Under the pieces are notes generated by a model. That model was not told the DNA's origin. It saw only the letters and a list, made by a program, of their open reading frames with translations, and made no database searches. The translations under genes and the position numbers were made by a program. A stretch of DNA of 64,000 bases. Source: an uncultured Clostridia bacterium. Lineage in GTDB: Bacteria > Bacillota > Clostridia > Christensenellales > UBA1242. Shown piece by piece: positions 56,045-64,000 of the stretch (positions within the stretch are counted from its first letter, which is position 1; every line of letters starts with the position of its first letter). The stretch spans positions 6,758 through 70,757 of the forward strand of contig CAKVOE010000003.1 in NCBI GenBank assembly GCA_934778215.1. The letters run 5' to 3'.

Positions 56045-57538
56045 CTATTTAATAATTAATTTATTCCCAAAAAGCTCTCTTAGTTTTTTGGATATACTAT
56101 CTATGTCGCTTTTTTTTATTTCTATAACCAACTTAATGCCAATTTTTTCGCCAACTTTTTCTATCTTTGTTACAACGGCATTATCTTTTAAGCATTCGGT
56201 CATTGCACCTTCGGGTACGGTTATCAAAAGTTTGCCATCTTCCATTTTTACTTCTATGGTTTCGGCAAGTGCAGAGTATATCATCATTTCTGAATTAATT
56301 CTTAACTCTTTTAGCAGTTCACCATAATACCACATAGCATTTTTAATTGCCATTGCTGGTGCAACACTATTATAATTTTGCCTTATTTTTTTTTTATCTT
56401 CAAGCGGAACTTGAAGTTTTTTCTCTAATATTTCAATTCTTTCTTCTAGGCTAATAGCACACATTGTTTTTACCATAGTTGTTTCTAAAACAACTTTTGG
56501 TTGTACGCTATATCTAAGCTCTTGCTCTACGGTACTAAGTTGTTCAATTGCCCTAACAATTATCCCATAATTTTCTTTTGTTGCCTGCTTTTGCATTTTT
56601 TCAAAAACATCTTTTGGGACTATAACCATTTGATTGGCTTTTTCTGGAATGGTTAAAATTACAAGCAAATCTCTAAAATAAGAAATCAAATCTTTGCTCA
56701 AAACCAGCGGAGGCTTGCCCTCGTCCAAAATTTTATCTAACTCGTAAAGAACCTTTCCAATGTCGTTATTTAACACACTTTCAACAATTTCAAAAAGTTT
56801 GTCTTTTTCTATGGCTCCAATAATTTTAACCACATTGCCATAAGTTAAATTACCGTTTGCATAAGATATTACCATATCAGCAATAGACAACGCATCTCTT
56901 ACGCTTCCTTCTCCCGCTCTTGCAATTAATTGCACAGCCTTCTCTTCATACTTAATTTTGGAGTCGTTTAAAATTTTGCATATAAGATTAGTTAACTTAT
57001 CTAGCGATACCAGTTTAAAATCAAAACGCATACATCTAGACAGTATGGTTGCAGGAAGTTTATGAACCTCTGTGGTTGCCAAAATAAATACTACATATTG
57101 AGGCGGTTCTTCAAGTGTTTTTAACAGCGCATTAAACGCACTGCTACTAAGCATATGAACTTCATCAATAATAAAAACTTTATATTTGCCGTTAACTGGT
57201 GGATATTTGACCGACTCTCTTAACTCTCTAATCTCGTCTACACCATTATTGCTTGCAGCATCAATTTCTAAAATGTCTAAATTTTGTTCATTTTTGCCTA
57301 GGCAGTTTTCGCACTTTCCGCAAGCACAGCCATTAACTGGATTTAAACAATTTATGCTTTTGGCAAAAATTTTTGCCGTTGTGGTTTTTCCCGTTCCACG
57401 GCTACCAGTAAACAAATATGCGTGTCCAACTTTGCCCGTTTTTATTTGGTTTGCAAGAGTATCGGTAATATGCTCTTGGTCTATAACATCTTCAAACTTT
57501 TGTGGTCTATATTTTCTGTAAAGCGCTAAATAAGCCAT
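56045..57538 (-). CDS. dnaX: DNA polymerase III subunit tau (gamma/tau)
   Basis: 497 aa with Walker A GSRGTGKTT, Zn module CLNPVNGCACGKCENC, DEVHML and SRC motif ILSRC. It contains an A10 run at 56395-56386 (codons 382-385). Confidence 0.95.
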   Translation of the reverse strand: MAYLALYRKYRPQKFEDVIDQEHITDTLANQIKTGKVGHAYLFTGSRGTGKTTTAKIFAKSINCLNPVNGCACGKCENCLGKNEQNLDILEIDAASNNGVDEIRELRESVKYPPVNGKYKVFIIDEVHMLSSSAFNALLKTLEEPPQYVVFILATTEVHKLPATILSRCMRFDFKLVSLDKLTNLICKILNDSKIKYEEKAVQLIARAGEGSVRDALSIADMVISYANGNLTYGNVVKIIGAIEKDKLFEIVESVLNNDIGKVLYELDKILDEGKPPLVLSKDLISYFRDLLVILTIPEKANQMVIVPKDVFEKMQKQATKENYGIIVRAIEQLSTVEQELRYSVQPKVVLETTMVKTMCAISLEERIEILEKKLQVPLEDKKKIRQNYNSVAPAMAIKNAMWYYGELLKELRINSEMMIYSALAETIEVKMEDGKLLITVPEGAMTECLKDNAVVTKIEKVGEKIGIKLVIEIKKSDIDSISKKLRELFGNKLIIK

Positions 57539-57543
57539 TTGTT

Positions 57544-58095
57544 TTAACCTTTCCCCTTTATTTTATTTTTTATGCGTTGAAGCGTATTGTCTACACTTTT
57601 TATTGATTTATTTAATTGTAACGCAATTTCCGATTGTTTGCAACCTTCTAGATATAAGTTTAGTACAGTTTTTTCAAATTTGGACAACATTATAGAAATT
57701 GAGTTTTCTCTTTCTTCTTGCGACAGCCTGTTTATAACAATATCTTCGGGGGTATCAACTCTTACTACCTCTTTACCCGTTTCTTGCCCCTTTTCAAAGC
57801 CATCATTTAGCGAAATTGAGTTGTTTAAAACTCTATTTTTCTGGCTGTTATCTTTTTTTATTGCATCTAAAATTTGGCGTTTAGCACACATCAAAATAAA
57901 ACTATCAAAGTTTTTTGAGCCTAGTTCGCCATGAGATGGGTCGTATGAACGAATACCGTCAATTAAGCCAATCATTCCCTCTTGCACCAAATCGTCCAAA
58001 CTTCCGCCCGTTATAAAATATTTATTAGCAATTCTTTTTATATCGGGCAACTTATCTGCAATAATTTTTTCTAATTCTTCAACCTGAATTTCCAC
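57544..58095 (-). CDS. sigH: RNA polymerase sigma factor, SigH-like
   Basis: 183 aa. Region 2 is DLVQEGMIGLIDGIRSY and region 4 is KQSEIALQLNKSIKSVDNTLQRIKNKI. Both closely parallel Bacillus SigH, as does the location after mrnC-rlmB. GTG start. Confidence 0.7.
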   Translation of the reverse strand: MEIQVEELEKIIADKLPDIKRIANKYFITGGSLDDLVQEGMIGLIDGIRSYDPSHGELGSKNFDSFILMCAKRQILDAIKKDNSQKNRVLNNSISLNDGFEKGQETGKEVVRVDTPEDIVINRLSQEERENSISIMLSKFEKTVLNLYLEGCKQSEIALQLNKSIKSVDNTLQRIKNKIKGKG

Positions 58096-58100
58096 AATTA

Positions 58101-58820
58101 CTAAAATCCTTTTCTTTGTCTTATCGCTTCATAGGTTACAATGCCCGCACTAACCGAAGCATTTAACGAATTAATTTTACCAAACATAGGAATGCTAATA
58201 ATGCCATCAGCCAACTTTCGAGTAAGTTCAGATACGCCAAAGCCCTCTGAGCCAACAACCAACGCTATATCGCCAGTTAAATTGGTTTTGTACATACTAT
58301 CGCCGTCCATATCGGCAACAAACACAAACACTCCCATCTCTTTTAAACGCTTAATTTCATCGTTAATGTTAGTAACCCTTGCAACTTTAACTCTTGTAAC
58401 CGCTCCAGCACTAACCTTTGCAACAGTTTCGTTTACCGAAACCGCTCTGTGCTTTGGAATAATTACGCCCGAAACCCCAGCACACTCTGCAACTCTTAAA
58501 ATACTTCCAAGGTTATGCGGGTCTTCAATCCCGTCTAAAATTAGCAAAAGTAACTCGCTATTTTTTGACCTTGCTTCATCTACAATTTGTTCTACGGTAG
58601 AATAAACAAAATCTGAGGTAAACAAAATCATTCCTTGATGCTTTTTTGTGGTAGACTGCTCATCTAGCACCTGCTTATTACAAAATTGAATTTTTACCCC
58701 ACGCTTTTTTGCAAGGTCTACAATTTCTCGGTCTTCTATACCATTTTGAACCAAAAGTTTATCTATTGTCTTTTCTGTTTTTAACGCCTCTCTGCAAGCG
58801 TTTTTACCTTCATATTTCAT
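58101..58820 (-). CDS. rlmB: 23S rRNA 2'-O-methyltransferase RlmB (SpoU/TrmH family)
   Basis: 239 aa with SpoU substrate-binding N-domain and SPOUT motifs DPHNLGSILR, VVGSEGFG and SLNASV. Confidence 0.85.
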   Translation of the reverse strand: MKYEGKNACREALKTEKTIDKLLVQNGIEDREIVDLAKKRGVKIQFCNKQVLDEQSTTKKHQGMILFTSDFVYSTVEQIVDEARSKNSELLLLILDGIEDPHNLGSILRVAECAGVSGVIIPKHRAVSVNETVAKVSAGAVTRVKVARVTNINDEIKRLKEMGVFVFVADMDGDSMYKTNLTGDIALVVGSEGFGVSELTRKLADGIISIPMFGKINSLNASVSAGIVTYEAIRQRKGF

Positions 58821-58821
58821 A

Positions 58822-59238
58822 TTAATTCTCCCTAAAACAACTATTCAAAATTTCATTTAATCGTGTAAGATTGTTGGTTAAATACAAATAACCAATAAGA
58901 GCCTCAAATGCGGTAGCGTGTCTATATTCCTCTATCGAAAAATTTTTTGCTCGGCTATGAATATTTGTATTTCTTGCCCGCATTACAATATCCTTTTCGT
59001 CTTCGGTTAGGGTATCTGCAATTTTAAACAACAAATCTCTTTGCGAGCGTGCGTTAACCAACTTGCAAGAATTAGCATTTAGTGCATTTACCTTGTTTTT
59101 AAAAAGGTCTAACCTTTTTGTTTTTATATAAAACGAAAAAAATGTATCGCCCACGAACGCTAAAACCAACGGATTTAGCATTTTTATTTCACTTGTTTTA
59201 TATTCTGTCAAAAACAAATTTTTAATTATTTCTTCCAT
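58822..59238 (-). CDS. mrnC: Mini-ribonuclease 3
   Basis: 138 aa with LAFVGDT catalytic motif and ATAFEALIGYLYL. Conserved position before rlmB. Confidence 0.8.
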   Translation of the reverse strand: MEEIIKNLFLTEYKTSEIKMLNPLVLAFVGDTFFSFYIKTKRLDLFKNKVNALNANSCKLVNARSQRDLLFKIADTLTEDEKDIVMRARNTNIHSRAKNFSIEEYRHATAFEALIGYLYLTNNLTRLNEILNSCFREN

Positions 59239-59314
59239 AGCATAAATTATATCAAATTATTTTTGATAAATCAAGAATTAATATTTGTTTAGCCCTATCT
59301 AAAAACATATTTAA

Positions 59315-59347
59315 GGACACTTTTTTAGTGCGGACACTTTTTAGTGC
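59315..59347. repeat. Tandem direct repeat GGACACTTTTT(T)AGTGC x2
   Basis: Units at 59315-59331 and 59332-59347, in the divergent mrnC/cwlD intergenic region. Each unit contains the small inverted repeat CACT-N5/6-AGTG. Confidence 0.8.
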
Positions 59348-59403
59348 GATAAAATTATAAATTATATATACATAACAAATCCACTTTTTGCATAATTTTA
59401 AAT

Positions 59404-60111
59404 ATGAAACTAAAAGCCGAACTAAAATATGTATCCCTTGTTTTGGTAAGTGTGGCACTAATTTTTTCTATGTGTATATACAAAAATTCCTCATTTTTTA
59501 CCGTAAAAGCCAGCCCCAATGTGGGTTTAACCATAGTAATAGACCCCGGCCACGGCGGAGTTGACCCCGGAAGCGTAGGTAGAAAAACCAAAGTTACCGA
59601 AAGTGAACTAAACCTAAAAATTAGTAATAAACTAATGAAACTTTTAAAATGTGGAGAGTTTAATGTAATATTAACTCGCACCACCAGTGACGGGCTTTAT
59701 GGAACCTATTCATCTGGCTACAAAAAAAGGGATATGCTTGCCCGACAAGAAATAATTGAAAAATCCGGGGCTTCTATTGCCATTTCTATACACATGAACA
59801 GTTTTACAACTTCTGCAAACCGTGGCGCACAAGTTTTTTATAACACCCTAAACAAAAATAGCGAAATCTTAGCAAAAAATATTCAAGAATGTTTTGCAAA
59901 AGAACTCCCCGAAAGCAACAAAGGTACAGCCATTGGCGACTACTTCATTTTAAAATGCACCGACATTCCAATAGTTTTATGCGAATGTGGATACCTATCA
60001 AACGCCACCGATGAAACACTTTTGACAACAGATAGTTATCAAGAAAAGGTTGCCTATTGCATATATAAAGGTGTTGTTAGTTTTTTAAATGCTGGAAGTT
60101 CGGCAATCTAA
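59404..60111 (+). CDS. cwlD: N-acetylmuramoyl-L-alanine amidase, CwlD-like (Amidase_3)
   Basis: 235 aa with an N-terminal anchor, IDPGHGGVDPGSVG and ISIHMNSF zinc-ligand motifs, and ECGYLSN. Confidence 0.75.
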   Translation: MKLKAELKYVSLVLVSVALIFSMCIYKNSSFFTVKASPNVGLTIVIDPGHGGVDPGSVGRKTKVTESELNLKISNKLMKLLKCGEFNVILTRTTSDGLYGTYSSGYKKRDMLARQEIIEKSGASIAISIHMNSFTTSANRGAQVFYNTLNKNSEILAKNIQECFAKELPESNKGTAIGDYFILKCTDIPIVLCECGYLSNATDETLLTTDSYQEKVAYCIYKGVVSFLNAGSSAI

Positions 60112-60354
60112 AAAAGCAAGGCTTCCTCTGCCCTGCAAAAACATTTGGTACAACTTGTTTTAATAATTTTAACTTAAAACAACCCAAGTGAAAATTTCTT
60201 TATGTTTTAAACTTTTTGCATATTAAAGCACAAATTATAATTACGAACTTGCTCTTGCTTAACTATTTTTATATAAATCGTTTTGTTACAAAATCATCAA
60301 ATATTTGACTTTATATAAATATTTCTATATATTTAAATAAAAGGAAAGATTTAT

Positions 60355-61506
60355 ATGAATACCATAAATATTTTTTATTTTGATAACGAAATGGGAAAAT
60401 TTGATGAGTTTAATCCACGGTTTGTAATGGAACAAAAGTATGTGAAAAATATAATAAAAATTTTGGCAGACAACGAACAATACTCTATTTCCGCAAAAAA
60501 AATTGCTGACTATTTACAAATCTCCGAAAAAGATATTTTAGACGCAATAAATTTATTAAAAAATGTATCAGCAATAAAAGAAGACAACTCTGGTCTTGCC
60601 CTAAACTTTCCATTTTTTACGACTACCGATTGTAAATTAATTAAAAAAATTGTTATAAAAAGTTTAGATGAATCTAAAAACTTTTGGTGCACAACTATAC
60701 AATTATTTAGTCAAAAACTTAGGTGTTTATATCCTAATATTGATGAAAAAACATCTCTATATCACATTTTGTGCGGAAAAGTTTTTGATGGCTCAATATT
60801 TAATTATCTAGAAAAAAGAAACCTTTTAAAACAATCTTATCCCAAAAATAATGGAAGAGATTTTATAATTATAGGATATGAAAATAGTAATTATTGCAAC
60901 AAGTTTAATTCAGAACTATTTTGCAGTTTTAATCATGCAAGGAGCGAAAGCAACTCTCTATCAAGTTTTGGCAATGCCCATGGTAACAGGTTTGACTTTT
61001 TTAGATATTTTAAACTTAAAGAAAAAAATGGTCTCTTCGGGAAATTTCGGAATATAGACAAATATTTAAAAAATTATTCGAACCTCAAAATTACATTAGG
61101 CTCATTAGAAGTCATAAAACAAATAAAGCACTCCTTACCCCTTTCTAAAAATGAGTTTTATTTGACCTTAAAAAATTTTGATTATATTAATGACAATGAC
61201 GAAATTATTGTCCCTGTTTTTGACGACTATATAGAAAAATGCTCAGAGTTTAGCGAATTTGTTTTTGAAAAAATTGGAGATTTTTTATCCAAATCTTTAT
61301 CGGAAATTAGAGATGCTGTTGTAAATTCAAAAATTTCTTGTGTAAAACATGGTGTAAATATTGACGAACTCTGCAATGAACTTTGGCACATTTATTTTGG
61401 ACTATTGAACAAATTTTTAATTGATAAAAAAATTGTTGCATCACCACAACATTTTTTTTATCAAGGAAAGTATCTAAAATGCATTTATCTTTCTAGCAAA
61501 GACTAG
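60355..61506 (+). CDS. Hypothetical protein (383 aa), possible N-terminal winged-helix
   Basis: Long ORF with AAGGAAAG SD and an upstream TTGACT-17-TATATT promoter. The segment ISAKKIADYLQISEKDILDAINLLKN resembles a wHTH. The rest is unrecognised. Confidence 0.5.
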   Translation: MNTINIFYFDNEMGKFDEFNPRFVMEQKYVKNIIKILADNEQYSISAKKIADYLQISEKDILDAINLLKNVSAIKEDNSGLALNFPFFTTTDCKLIKKIVIKSLDESKNFWCTTIQLFSQKLRCLYPNIDEKTSLYHILCGKVFDGSIFNYLEKRNLLKQSYPKNNGRDFIIIGYENSNYCNKFNSELFCSFNHARSESNSLSSFGNAHGNRFDFFRYFKLKEKNGLFGKFRNIDKYLKNYSNLKITLGSLEVIKQIKHSLPLSKNEFYLTLKNFDYINDNDEIIVPVFDDYIEKCSEFSEFVFEKIGDFLSKSLSEIRDAVVNSKISCVKHGVNIDELCNELWHIYFGLLNKFLIDKKIVASPQHFFYQGKYLKCIYLSSKD

Positions 61507-61759
61507 TTGCTTCATACTTGTTTTTTTGGGGGTGCTTTATACCCTGTTTTTGTAAATGACTAGCAAAATATATATTAAGATATAATTTTACTTTTGCTTG
61601 TTTTAATTGTCTGTGGGGACTTAAACTGTTTTTGGGGTTATTTGTATTTTTGCCGATTGGTGGCAAAATTGCTAATTTTATAATTTAAAAATTTTATTAA
61701 GCAATTACCTTTCTTTAAAAATAAATTTGGTAGCATTTTTTGAATTAGATTATATTATC

Positions 61760-61880
61760 GGAAGTTGAGTCGGAGAGTTTACTCTCCAGCGAGACTGATG
61801 GTTATTCAAATTGGAAGTACAAAGCATTGCTTTGCGAGTGCGTTAGCACAAATTTTGAACTTGTTTCAAAATTTACTTCC
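61760..61880. ncRNA. Candidate structured RNA element (unknown family, strand unresolved)
   Basis: GGAAGTA (61813-61819) and TACTTCC (61874-61880) close three perfect hairpins: CAAAGC/ATT/GCTTTG, GTGC/GTTA/GCAC and ATTTTGAA/CTTGT/TTCAAAAT. An upstream hairpin AGTC-GGAGAG/TTTA/CTCTCC-GACT is present. A second GGAAGT (61760-61765) could compete for the same ACTTCC. Confidence 0.25.
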
Positions 61881-61920
61881 TATAATTTATATTACACACC
61901 CCACCTTGTGTTTTGCTAGG

Positions 61921-62481
61921 TTATTTTTCTTCTTTGTTTGTTGAAAGCGCTGTGTCCTTCGCTCTCTTTTTTGTCACAAGCCAAATTATGCTACCAACAA
62001 CAGAAAGCGTTATTGTAAAGCAATCAAAGCAAATGGCAATTATAGAAAGGAAAATGCAATCATATATTAGCCACAAAACATTCACAAATGCAGATAACGA
62101 CCTATATACAAATATATCCTTTTGCCAAAGCGCATACGAATAAATTAGTCCTGCAACAATCGCAATTATTCCCGTCAAGTTTTTTATACTGATAGCTCCA
62201 GCAAAAAGCATCAGCATTAAAATTATGCATAGCGACAAAACATTTTTTGCTTTGTTGCGTTTTTCGTCTACAAAAAGAATTGTGGCACGAATAATATTAA
62301 CCACATTAACGGCAACACCAGCCCACGCGCCAAGAAAACCATAGTGTATCAAAAAGCAGGCTGAACCAACAGTCGAAAAAATTAATATCCAATTTCTATT
62401 TTTTATTAAATAGGTTATTCCTATAAACATAAAAGCAATTGCACCCAGCAATTGAGCAATTATGTATTCGGTAGTCCACAT
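61921..62481 (-). CDS. YgjV-like inner membrane protein
   Basis: 186 aa with about 6 TM helices. The pattern resembles the Imp-YgjV family. Recognition by eye only. Confidence 0.5.
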   Translation of the reverse strand: MWTTEYIIAQLLGAIAFMFIGITYLIKNRNWILIFSTVGSACFLIHYGFLGAWAGVAVNVVNIIRATILFVDEKRNKAKNVLSLCIILMLMLFAGAISIKNLTGIIAIVAGLIYSYALWQKDIFVYRSLSAFVNVLWLIYDCIFLSIIAICFDCFTITLSVVGSIIWLVTKKRAKDTALSTNKEEK

Positions 62482-62493
62482 AACATTTTTCCT

Positions 62494-63504
62494 TTATAAA
62501 TTTATAGTAGATTTTGGGGCAAGGTCTAAGCCGGCGGGCTTTACACCTTCTATTAAATTAAAGTAACCCTGACTTGCAATCATGGCGGCATTATCTGTGC
62601 AAAGAATAATTGGCGGATAAATGACTTCTACCCCAATAGGGTTTAGCCTCTCCTCTAATTTTTTTCGAAGATGTAAGTTTGCACTAACTCCACCTGCAAG
62701 CACAATTCTTTTTAGTCCAGTTTTTTTAATCTCTTCATCTACACTTTCAACCAGTTGCATAACCGCCTCTTCTTGAAAAGAAGCACAAATATCTGGAACC
62801 GAATAATTTACTTTTCGTTGATTTGCGTTATGAATATAATTAATAACCGCCGTTTTTAAACCGCTATACGAAAAATTTTCGGTGTTTTTATAATCGTTTT
62901 TAGTAAATTTTATGCAAGGCGTACCCTTTTGTGCCTCACGCTGAATGCTAGGCCCACCCGGATAGGTTAACCCGCACTCTCTCGCCACTTTATCAAACGC
63001 TTCGCCTATTGCATCATCTGCCGTTGTTTTAATAAGCGTCTTTTTTGTATGCGACTCCATTTTAAATAACGCCGTATGCCCCCCGCTAACAACCAAACAC
63101 AAAAATGGTGGTTCTAAATTTTTGTGTGCCAAAAAGTTGGCACTAATATGACCCTCTATATGATTAACTGCAAAAAGTGGCTTACCAGTAGTGTAACTAA
63201 GCGCCTTTGCAAAACTAACACCTACAATTAACGCACCCAAAAGCCCCGCTCCATAAGTAACCGCAATAGCAGAAATATCGTCCATTTTTACACCCGCACG
63301 GCTAAGTGCTTCATCTAAACAATATTTAATATTTTTTGTATGGTTTCTAGAAGCAATCTCTGGCACAACTCCACCATAAATTTTATGAATGTCAATTTGT
63401 GACGAAATTACATTAGACAATACCTCTCTGCCATTTTTTACAACGGCAACCGATGTATCATCGCACGAACTTTCGATGCCTAAAATCAAAATATCCTTTT
63501 TCAC
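62494..63504 (-). CDS. tsaD: tRNA N6-adenosine threonylcarbamoyltransferase TsaD
   Basis: 336 aa with GIESSCDDTS and NHIEGH metal-binding motifs. Kae1/TsaD family. Confidence 0.95.
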   Translation of the reverse strand: MKKDILILGIESSCDDTSVAVVKNGREVLSNVISSQIDIHKIYGGVVPEIASRNHTKNIKYCLDEALSRAGVKMDDISAIAVTYGAGLLGALIVGVSFAKALSYTTGKPLFAVNHIEGHISANFLAHKNLEPPFLCLVVSGGHTALFKMESHTKKTLIKTTADDAIGEAFDKVARECGLTYPGGPSIQREAQKGTPCIKFTKNDYKNTENFSYSGLKTAVINYIHNANQRKVNYSVPDICASFQEEAVMQLVESVDEEIKKTGLKRIVLAGGVSANLHLRKKLEERLNPIGVEVIYPPIILCTDNAAMIASQGYFNLIEGVKPAGLDLAPKSTINL

Positions 63505-63505
63505 T

Positions 63506-64000
63506 TTATATATCCACCTTTAAAAATGCGTTTATAAAATCTTGAATGTTACCATCTAAAACCGCCGTTGTGTTGCTGTCTTCTAGGTTGGTTCTATGGT
63601 CTTTTACAAGGTTATAGGGTTGCAAAATGTACGACCTAATTTGACTGCCCCACTCAATCTTTTTGTTTTCGCCAAGTCTTGCTTGTTTTTCTTGCTCTTT
63701 TTTTGCCATATCCCTTTCTAACAATTTAGAATACAACATTTTCATAGCCATTTCTTTGTTTTTAATTTGGCTACGCTCATTTTGACACTGCACAACAATT
63801 CCTGTTGGCAAATGCGTAATTCTTACGGCGCTTTCGGTTTTGTTTACATGCTGACCGCCCGCCCCGCAACTTTTGTATGTATCAAACTTTAAATCTTTAT
63901 CTAATATTTCTATATCTTGCGAATCTTCTACAAAAGGCGAAACTTCTACCGATGCAAAAGATGTGTGCCGTCTAGACTGTGCATCAAAAGGCGAAATTCT
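63506..64000 (-). CDS. prfB: Peptide chain release factor 2, C-terminal part (5' end beyond window)
   Basis: The frame stays open upstream of the ORF-track Met. My translation of 63800-63880 gives ...[26 protein letters not shown] (GGQ motif). C-terminal [20 protein letters not shown] is RF2-type. Confidence 0.85.
   Translation of the reverse strand, partial: RISPFDAQSRRHTSFASVEVSPFVEDSQDIEILDKDLKFDTYKSCGAGGQHVNKTESAVRITHLPTGIVVQCQNERSQIKNKEMAMKMLYSKLLERDMAKKEQEKQARLGENKKIEWGSQIRSYILQPYNLVKDHRTNLEDSNTTAVLDGNIQDFINAFLKVDI

Noticed and set aside
59252-59684. Two minus-strand ORFs (59252-59458 and 59355-59684) across the mrnC/cwlD intergenic region and the cwlD 5' end
   Set aside because: They are antisense to the well-supported Amidase_3 gene or lie in promoter DNA. 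Their composition is typical of shadow frames.
63506-64000. Programmed +1 frameshift site of prfB
   Set aside because: The frameshift site of RF2 genes lies near codon 25, which is beyond the window end. Only the C-terminal part of about 165 codons is visible, so nothing can be said.

Overview
AT-rich, Firmicutes-type chromosomal core segment. Endospore-lineage markers are present: ctsR-mcsA-mcsB-clpC, sigH after rlmB/mrnC, and cwlD. I count about 55 protein genes, most on the minus strand, 3 canonical tRNAs, and no rRNA, CRISPR array or intact mobile element. Gene content is largely housekeeping: ddl and a murF-like ligase; tsaE-tsaB-rimI, with tsaD elsewhere; deoC-pdp; aspS-gatCAB; a GH13 glucosidase; a tight HTH-nth-obg-yhbY-pheS-pheT cluster; hpf; the clpC operon; polA; sbcCD; dnaB-like/dnaI; typA; desulfoferrodoxin; a heterodimeric ABC exporter; recR-ybaB-dnaX; sigH-rlmB-mrnC; and the 3' part of prfB. 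All calls come from reading the ORF translations and the DNA by eye for motifs. No database search was run. The most interesting observation is a 28-codon leader ORF with nine consecutive Asn/Asp codons. It is followed by mutually exclusive antiterminator and terminator helices, and it lies upstream of aspS-gatCAB, the enzymes that make Asp-tRNA and, by transamidation, Asn-tRNA. This looks like a peptide-based attenuator where Firmicutes normally use T-boxes. Other items worth a second look are: tRNA-Thr followed by three tandem degenerate tRNA-like copies, each with its own hairpin; an A10 tract in dnaX at the expected tau/gamma boundary, with stops close by in both alternative frames; a MurF-like ligase fused to a 5-helix membrane domain; an IS200 TnpA stub next to tRNA genes; two candidate structured or small RNAs in long ORF-free spacers; and several lineage-specific proteins of unknown function.
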